Assembly (NCBI RefSeq): GCF_009914755.1
Contig: NC_060940.1
Direction: 5' to 3' (one strand)
Source: the human T2T-CHM13v2.0 reference genome, Homo sapiens
Length of the DNA: 64,000 nt
Within the stretch, counting starts at the first letter, position 1; every line of letters begins with the position of its first letter. The notes below the pieces were generated by a model. The model saw only the letters and a program-made list of their open reading frames with translations. It searched no databases and was not told the origin of the DNA. This document shows, one piece after another, positions 55,258 to 64,000 of the stretch. The translations under genes and the position numbers were made by a program.

Positions 55258-55550
55258 GGCTACGTGCAGTGGCTCACACTTGTAACCCCGGCACTCCTGG
55301 ATGCCAAGGCTCAAGAGGAGCCCAGGAAGTCGAGACCAGCCTGGGCAACAAGGCAAGATCCAGTCTCTACAAAAAATAAAAAAAATTAGCCAGGTGTGTG
55401 GTACATGCATGCCTGTGGTTCCAGCTACTCCGGAGGCTGAGGGAGGAGGATCACTTGAGCCCAAGAGGTCAAGGCTCCAGTGAGCCGTGTTTGTGCCACT
55501 GCACTCCAGCCTCTGTGACAGAGCAAGACTCTGTCATAAAAAAAAAAAAA
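55258..55550 (+). mobile_element. AluJ-like, diverged
   Basis: Degenerate left arm, recognisable right arm, A tail. Confidence 0.85.
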
Positions 55551-56329
55551 AGGCTGAATTTCATTGTGATTTTAAAAGCACATATAATCATTTTATAAAA
55601 TGCAGAAAAGTGTTATTAATAAGTTAATCTCTGAGTGCTTACTATGTGCCAGGCACAGTTCCAACGCCCATTCTAAGAATCACCCACTCTAGACGTAACT
55701 ACTTAACATTTCAAAGTATTCTTTTCCATGCATTTCAACGTTTCACTTCAGCCAGAAAACATAAAATAGCATTGAAGAGAGGCATATTTTCTGATTTTTA
55801 ATGGCATCAGAAGCTGGAAATGACGGACTGGAATAGTATACGTGGCAAAAATCTAAAATAATTAAGAAGATGTTTGTAAGCACTTAGAAAAGAGAGCAGT
55901 GAATCACTTACAGAGCAAGAGACTGACTTCTTCCTTGACTCTTCACTTCCCCCCCCTCCTCCGCCTTTCTTTTTCTCAAATAAGGTGACTACTGCTGTTA
56001 TTACTAACACCGAACTGGGAGATCAGGGACTATTAAAGATTAATGACATTTGATTTTGTATCTCATGATATGCTTGTGAACAATCTGGAATGGGGGGATC
56101 TAATTATACTATGGTAAGAGGTCTCTGTACTTAAAAATGTTGGCCCAGAGAATGCTGATGATAAATCAAAGTCAACACGGAGGAAAATGCCTGCAGTAAA
56201 ATATAATTATCCAGGTGGACCTCTCCTGTCCAGCGTTTCTAATAAGATGTGAACAGAGACAGAAGTCATGCCTATCACCCAACAAAGTTAGTCAAAAAGT
56301 CATATGGGGAAGAAACAGGTGAAATGAAA

Positions 56330-57620
56330 ATCATTTGTACGAATTGACTAACGAGGATTATTATATTTTAATACCAGGCAGTGCAAAACTAAACAATGGA
56401 GACAGTTCTGTATGGCCCCAAGAAAAGGCGAATTAATAAAAAAAGAAAATGTCTAGAAACAGATCCAAATGAGAACTTCATGTATGATATAGTGGCATTT
56501 CTAGGCACCACGGCAAAGGATGGGTAGATTGCTTAATAAACATGGCAGGGACAGATAATTGAGAAAAAAATAAATAGAGGAACCCCTATCTCACAGTATA
56601 TACCAAAATAAACTCCAGATGGATAACAGAGTTAAGTGTCAAAACATGAAACCATGAAAGACTAAAAGGGGATGGAGTGAATGTGATCTTGGCAGGGGAA
56701 AGACAGTTCTAAGCTTAACAAAGCAGAAGAAGGCCAGGTGCAGTGGCTCACACCTGTAATCCCAGCACCTTGAGAGGCCCAGGCAGGTGGATTGCTTGAG
56801 CCAAGGAGTTCGAGACCAGCCTGAACAACATGGTGAAACCCCATCGCTACAAAAAAAACACAAAAATTAGCCAGGTATCATGGCACGCGCCTATAGTCCT
56901 GGCTATTCAGGAGGCTGAGGTGGAAGGATTACTTGATTCCAGAAGGCCGAGGCTACAGCGAGCCATGATCACACCACTGCACTCCAGACTGGGTGACAGA
57001 GCAACACCCTGTCTCAATAAATAAATAAACAAACAAAGGAGAAGGAAGCAAAAATGAGAAGTTTTCGCCATGTAAAATTTCGAAACTTTGGAATCTCAAA
57101 ACATACCATAAACAGCAAAAGATAATGATAAACTGGGGGAAAGGTAGACAGTAACACAAATACATAAATACATGTTTAACACCTTTGATAGAGAAAGAGC
57201 TATTTTAATTTGTTTATATTATCCATCTATGAACGTTTAATTTATAACAGTGAAAAACTGGAAACAAGCCGACTATCAAACGCCCAGTAACTAAATTGCA
57301 GCACCTTCATACCACGGGGTGTTTGGTGCAGCTATCAAAAATCATGTTGTAGAAAACATCTAGTGACATCCAAAAAAGGTCACACATTGTAAAGCTTTTT
57401 AGAAGCCAGTTACAAGATACACACAGTATCATTTCAATTCTACGAAATAATAATATCACATCTGTACAGAAGAGGCCAAAATGACATATACCAAAATGTT
57501 TAAAATTTAAAGCATCTTGGTAGTGAAATTAGGGATGATTTTTTGTGTGTGTGTCTCTGCATTTCCAAAATTTTTTTTACATACAATAAACATGAAGCAC
57601 TTTTGAACTCAAAATTAATA
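56330..57620 (+). mobile_element. Old L1 (L1ME-like) ORF2-end/3' fragments, interrupted by an Alu
   Basis: cccctatctcacagtatataccaaaataaactccagatggat; aaaaactggaaacaagcc; atgcagctatc-like phrases. Confidence 0.7.
56732..57036 (+). mobile_element. AluJ-like
   Basis: Full dimer, (TAAA/CAAA)n tail. Confidence 0.9.
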
Positions 57621-57699
57621 AAAATAATTAAGTGGAAATATATATGTGTGTATATAAAGACGATCACCTTACTGTTACATTTTCAGATATTATAAACTT

Positions 57700-58040
57700 G
57701 AGAGGGCAGCCAGCTAGCCCACTGAGTCAATGGAATAAACACGATGAAGAAAAACAGCAATAAATGTCAAGTTCCTTCCCCAGGTTGAGGGGACAAGGAG
57801 GCCTGGTTTAACTGTCAGTTCCATGAGGGCTTGAGATGGCTGCTTAATAAAAGACTAGAACATTAATGACTTGGTGTCTATATCAAGGAAAGGGACAGAC
57901 TCCCTGTGATCCACACGAGTGAGGCCTCGCCAAAAGACCACGTCCCATCAAAGGCATCATCATTCAAGGGACCTGTCAACAAGCAAATAAGTCAAAAGCA
58001 GGGGGCAAGGATGGTAAGGGGTTTGGAAACCATATAAAGA
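57700..58040 (+). mobile_element. Possible L3/CR1 3' fragment
   Basis: aataaatgtcaagttcc...ggatggtaaggggtttggaaaccat resembles L3 ORF2 3' text. Confidence 0.45.
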
Positions 58041-58469
58041 ATAGTCACAAGTGCTTGAGATTTGCATTCAGGAGGATGGGGACGGTACATACACATGAAG
58101 ACAAGAGACAAGAAAAGGAGGGACAATTAGCTAAACTGCTTATGGCATCTTCATACAATAATACTACGCAGCTATTAAAAATTATGATGGAAAAAATAGT
58201 GACATTCAAAAAATCAAATATTGCAAAGTTTTAAAAAGTCACAAAAACCAGTATCCTTTAAACACTTACAAAATCATCATATCACAAGGAAGATGTCTCT
58301 TCTAGAAGAGGAACAGGACAAAAGTATCTCTACCCCTGCAGGTAACTAGGCAGCCAGTAACTCAACATAAAGGATGGGCTTTATGATAATTAAAGGTGGC
58401 CCTGGACTCCTTTGTATAAAGAAATGGAAATGTTCAGAGAATCTCTATGACCTTTGTTTAAAGGTAGTT

Positions 58470-58770
58470 CTTTTTTTTTTTTTTTTTTTAAATGGAGCCT
58501 TGCTCTGTCTCCCAGGCTGGAGCGCAGTGGTGAAATCTCGGCTCACTGCAAGCTCTGCCTCCCGCGTTCACACCATTCTCCTGCCTCAGCCTCCTGAGTA
58601 GCTGGGATTACAGGCACCCGCCACCATGCCCAGCTAATTTTTTTGTATTTTTAGTAGAAATGGGGTTTCACTGTGTTAGCCAGGATGGTCTCGATCTCCT
58701 GACCTCATGATCTTCCTGCCTCGGCCTCCCAAAGTGCTGGGATTACAGGCGTGAGCCACCGCACCCGGCC
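58470..58770 (-). mobile_element. AluY
   Basis: AluY diagnostics; flanks TGTTTAAAGGTA / TGTTTAGAGGTA. Confidence 0.93.
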
Positions 58771-58835
58771 TGTTTAGAGGTATTTCTATACGATGTTCCT
58801 TTGCTGGGTTCAGTGTGTTCCCTAAATGCGGGTAG

Positions 58836-59235
<400 letters not shown>

Positions 59236-59492
59236 TATTTTGTACTTCAAAGGGTTCTCTCACTGATTCTGACGCACAGCTAGGTTTAAGAATCCTTGAG
59301 CCAGGTGGTATCTTTATTTTTAAGAAAGATCTGTTTTGTTTTTTTTTAAGGCAGTACAGAAAGAAATGTATAAATCATCACATTCTATCACTAATGTGAA
59401 CATTTTTTACCAATATCCATCTTGATATCTCCTGTCTATCTATCTAAAATATACCTCCAATTTTACATAAACGCAATGATCTGTATATGTAA

Positions 59493-59870
<378 letters not shown>

Positions 59871-60177
59871 CCTGCATCACCATTTTTAATACCTGCACTG
59901 TAAGCCACAAGAACATGCTGTAATTATCTTAACTAGTCCAACTGAAGAATTTGCCAACTTAAAAAAAAATAACCAAAATAAACAATGTTGTGAAGAAGAG
60001 CATCTCATACATATCAACACCCAGAAGTCACTGGGCCTCAGCACAGAATTAGCCCACTTTACACTGTGATAGCTATCAGTGGAAAAATTAAACTAATACA
60101 CACAGCCACCAACAGGGTACATGAGCCCCTGGATTCCATTATGATTAGGAATATAATCAACTTAAAGAAACACACCA

Positions 60178-60469
60178 ACCAGGTGCAGTGGCTCATGCCT
60201 GTAATCCAAGCACTTTGGGAGGCCAAGGCGGTGGATCACCTGAGGTCAGAAGTTCGAGACCAGCCTGGCCAACATGGCGAAACCCCGTCTCTACTAAAAA
60301 TACAAGAAAAAAAAAAATTATCTGGACTTGGTGGTAAGCGCCTGTAATCCCAGCTACTCATCACTTGAACCCAGGAGGTGGAGGTTGTAGTGAGACACGA
60401 TGGCACCATTGCACTCCAGCCTGGGTGACAAAAGTGAAAGTTCGTCTCAAAAAAAAAATTAAAAAAAAA
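60178..60469 (+). mobile_element. Alu (AluS-like) with internal deletion
   Basis: cagctactca joins directly to tcacttgaac. Confidence 0.9.
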
Positions 60470-60565
60470 CACACCTAGAGGAAAAACTGCCTGTCTGTGT
60501 GTCATCTGCAGACCAGCTTCCTCAAGTGGAAGACAACAACTTTTTTAGCTTTTAAAGCAAATCCA

Positions 60566-60873
60566 GGCTGGGCAAGGTGGCTCATGCCTGTAATCTCAGC
60601 ACTTTTGGAGGCCAAGGTGGGACGATTGCTTGAAGCCAGTAGTTTGAGACCAGCCTGGGTAAGAAAGTGAGACCCCCCATATCTACAAAAAATAAAATAA
60701 TTAGCCAGGCATGGTGGTGTATGCCTGTATTCCTAGCCACTTGAGGGGCTGAGGCAGGAGGATCACCTGGGCCCAGGAGTTCAAGGCTACAGTGAACTGT
60801 GATCCCGCCACTATTCTACAGCCTGAATGGCAGAGCCAGACCTTGTCAAAAAAAAAAAAAAAAAAAAAAAAAA
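60566..60873 (+). mobile_element. AluJ-like
   Basis: Full dimer; flanks AAAGCAAATCCA / AAAGCTAATCCA. Confidence 0.9.
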
Positions 60874-62935
60874 GCTAATCCAACCAAACTCAGATACTCA
60901 GAGTGTCCTCGCAGAACATCTAGGCATTCATTCACTTAAGGACGGAGCTCATTTCTGAATTACAGACCCTGCTCTCCCTCTCCCGCCACACCCTACATCA
61001 TGCTTAGAGAGCTGGAGGGTAACCGGGTGGTGTCATCAACGAAGCTTCTAGGAGATGCAGCTTCTAGGAACTTGGACAAGTGCTTCACAGAAATGTGATC
61101 GTGGTTACTTCCTTCCTAGACCCCATGGCGAAAAATGCTTGCGGCTTTCCTGTTCTTCAAAGGGCATCAGACACGACTATCGCTCAGCATGAAGGAGATA
61201 CATAGGGCTAAGTGGGAAGACGGCGCAATGCAAAAGGGCAGAGGACTGAACGGGGATTTGGGATGCTTGGGTGCTAGCCAAGAAAGACTCCAGAAAACAA
61301 TCAGAGGGAATCTCACTTTCATTTGGCTTTGGGGCTATTCTTATTCTCTGATGAAAGCACCTTAACAGTACGGTGAGAAGCATGATGGAGACAGTTGGCG
61401 TGGCCTCGCCTTCCCCCAATGCTTCGTGCAGCAAATGATCACTGCATGTACAGAAGGGGATCGAGGAGTCTGGAGAGAAAGGACGGGGCAGAGAGAAAAG
61501 GGGGCAGTGCCTGGCTCGGCGCCCAGCGTGCTGCATGCTGGTTTCAGGCCCCAGGAAGCTGGCGGGGGCCTTGTCCTGAGCCAGGAGGAGACAGGCCTTG
61601 GCCGGTTTCCTAGCAACCCTCACCGGCAGCAGGCAGTACCCCAGGCAAGGCTGTCCAGGGAAAAATGAAAATGGCCACACGCACAGATGCAAAACGAAAG
61701 CAGGCCTGCCTCCCAGCCGGGTGCGGAGGCACCAGGGGCCCCTGCCAGACAGCTCCCACACCAAACTCCTTGGAGAAACATCTGGGGGCACCAGCCATGG
61801 AGGGGGTCTCACTTCCTTCTCAGCCCTGCAGCACGGTAGGCACGCCGTGAAGCCCACACTCTGCCACTGAGTCACCGAAACAGCAGACCTTCGCATTTCC
61901 ACACTGCAGGGGCACCAGAACCAGAAATCCCACTCCTGGGTTCTTGCGGAGAACTTTAATCACAGGGGGTGACACCCAGACTACCCTATCTTTACTCCTC
62001 TCTTTGCACCCAATTCCTCCTTGCAGTTACTGCAACTCGCCCCTCTGGTTTGGTTCTGCACTCAGCTGAAGGAGCTTTAACCCTCCATCCTCTCCTAACC
62101 ATCCCCGCATTAGGACGGTGAGGCCCCCCTGTCCCAGACAAACAACCTTCCCTTTGGCCTCTGTCACTTGTTAGTTCTCTATCAGCTGAAGTTCATCTCA
62201 TCCTATTCCACCCATTATGCCAGTGTCAAGAGGGAGGTGTGGCAATGAAGAGGACAAATCCTTACCTCTAGCACAGACAGAAAGGGCCACCATCAAGGAT
62301 GGCTTTAGCGTCACAGAAAGAAATCCACCTGCTTGTCACCCTCAACCCAGGGACCATGGTGACAGCCAGTACCACACGAACCTGAGTGTGGCCAAACCTA
62401 CCTACAGCCTTATGGAACGACCGTCACTCCCAGCGCTCTCTTCGTACCTGGCTTTCTTCCTATGAAATTGCCTTGTGTGATCAAAAATGAATCATAAAAC
62501 ATTTGTTTCAGATTGTTACATGCTGTACAGTTTTTAGAACAGGATATTCTATTTTAGGATATCTAATCCTAAAAACTCTGGGAGGCAAACACCTTCACTT
62601 TACAGCTGACGTTACAGGGTCTGAGGCTGATACCTGTCAGGGCTGGGGACAGAGCAGACTCTCCCCAGCCTGCTTCCTGCTCTGTCCATACCAGGCTCCT
62701 CAGATTAGAGCACTAAGTCCATATATGGTAAAGCTGCTAGAAGGACTCGACGAAATGATTAGTATCTAAGGCACTATACTATACATGAAAATTACAGCAA
62801 GTATATCCACACATACACACACATCAGAGTATATGTGTATATTTTTAGGTATATGTGTATCTATGTATATGTTGTGTACATAAATAGAAGCTGGCATCTA
62901 TCTGTCTACAACAAGAATAGAAGATATGAACATAG

Positions 62936-63293
<358 letters not shown>

Positions 63294-63394
63294 TCACATT
63301 ATTTATAAAATCAAAATTTCAGGTTAATGATTTCCCAGAGACCTAATTTCCATGGCACTGATATAGTTGATGCGTCTCTGAGCCTGTTTTATAC

Positions 63395-63930
63395 ATGTCA
63401 TATACAGACACCACCAGGAGCACCCAGGAATTAAGACCATTCCACAGCCTACAACATCGCTTCCCAGATCTCTGTCATGACCTCATCAATCTCAAGTCTC
63501 TCTCCTTGGTAGTAGATGAAGTAGATGAAGTGGGAGCTAATGAAAAAGCTAAGGAAATCAGCACCACTAAGAAAATGCCAATACTCATTCCCGATCAACA
63601 TACACAGTTGACTGTTTTCATCCTACTTTGAATTGCCTCGTCCTACCACGTTCAAGACGCGGCTACTGGGCAGGTCCACGTCTTTAAGTTGTGTACAATG
63701 CCTGGTTCACAACACGATTACTCATTACATGTCAAAATAATAATTATCACAGATGGCGAATTCACAAGTGGGTTAGCCGTCGGCTGTAACGGGCTAGCTA
63801 GCACTTGCCCCAGGCACTCAAGTTCAGCAGTCAAAATGCTATAAAACACACTGTTCTTTCTTCTTGTTATTTATTTATTAACATCAAGGAGAGGCTCACA
63901 TTTTGTCTTTCAGAGTTGGTTGCAATAGGT
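63395..63930 (+). mobile_element. Probable hAT-superfamily transposase coding relic
   Basis: One frame reads LSLVVDE...ISTTKKMPILI...*...DAATGQ...KIIIITDGEFTSGLAVGCNGLAS; AHILSF follows after a frameshift. Confidence 0.5.
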
Positions 63931-64000
63931 TAGACCTCTTTGAAGCCACATAAAACAATTCACTTTGTATTATGTAACTAAAACTTAAACGACTTTAGAT

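Noticed and set aside
61177-61902. 241-aa minus-strand ORF
   Set aside because: Expected in GC-rich sequence; non-ATG start, no ZFHX3-like or known domain, no clear splice boundaries

Overview
Primate (almost certainly human) genomic DNA lying wholly inside ZFHX3 (ATBF1), transcribed on the minus strand. The only confident coding sequence is one 232-nt internal exon (29733->29502) encoding a C2H2 zinc finger. The rest is intron: about 34 Alu copies, two THE1 solo LTRs, older LTR, L1, L2, MIR, L3/CR1 and MER DNA-transposon relics, microsatellites and several repeat-free blocks that look regulatory. Nearly all other ORFs in the track come from Alus, simple repeats or chance. I see no rRNA, tRNA, CRISPR array or new protein-coding gene, and nothing that proves a new biological system. 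The best leads are all hypotheses from sequence alone: (1) a candidate in-frame 18-nt microexon with SRRM4-type architecture at 51259-51242; (2) a cryptic terminal exon and poly(A) signal, plus an alternative donor, just downstream of the coding exon, which would truncate ZFHX3; (3) a 13-bp tandem array of NF-kB-like sites at 14949-15000; (4) a fossil CR1 reverse-transcriptase core and a probable hAT transposase core with readable frames; (5) a THE1C LTR with an intact DUX4 motif and an improved splice donor. Repeat boundaries and subfamily calls were made by eye and are approximate.
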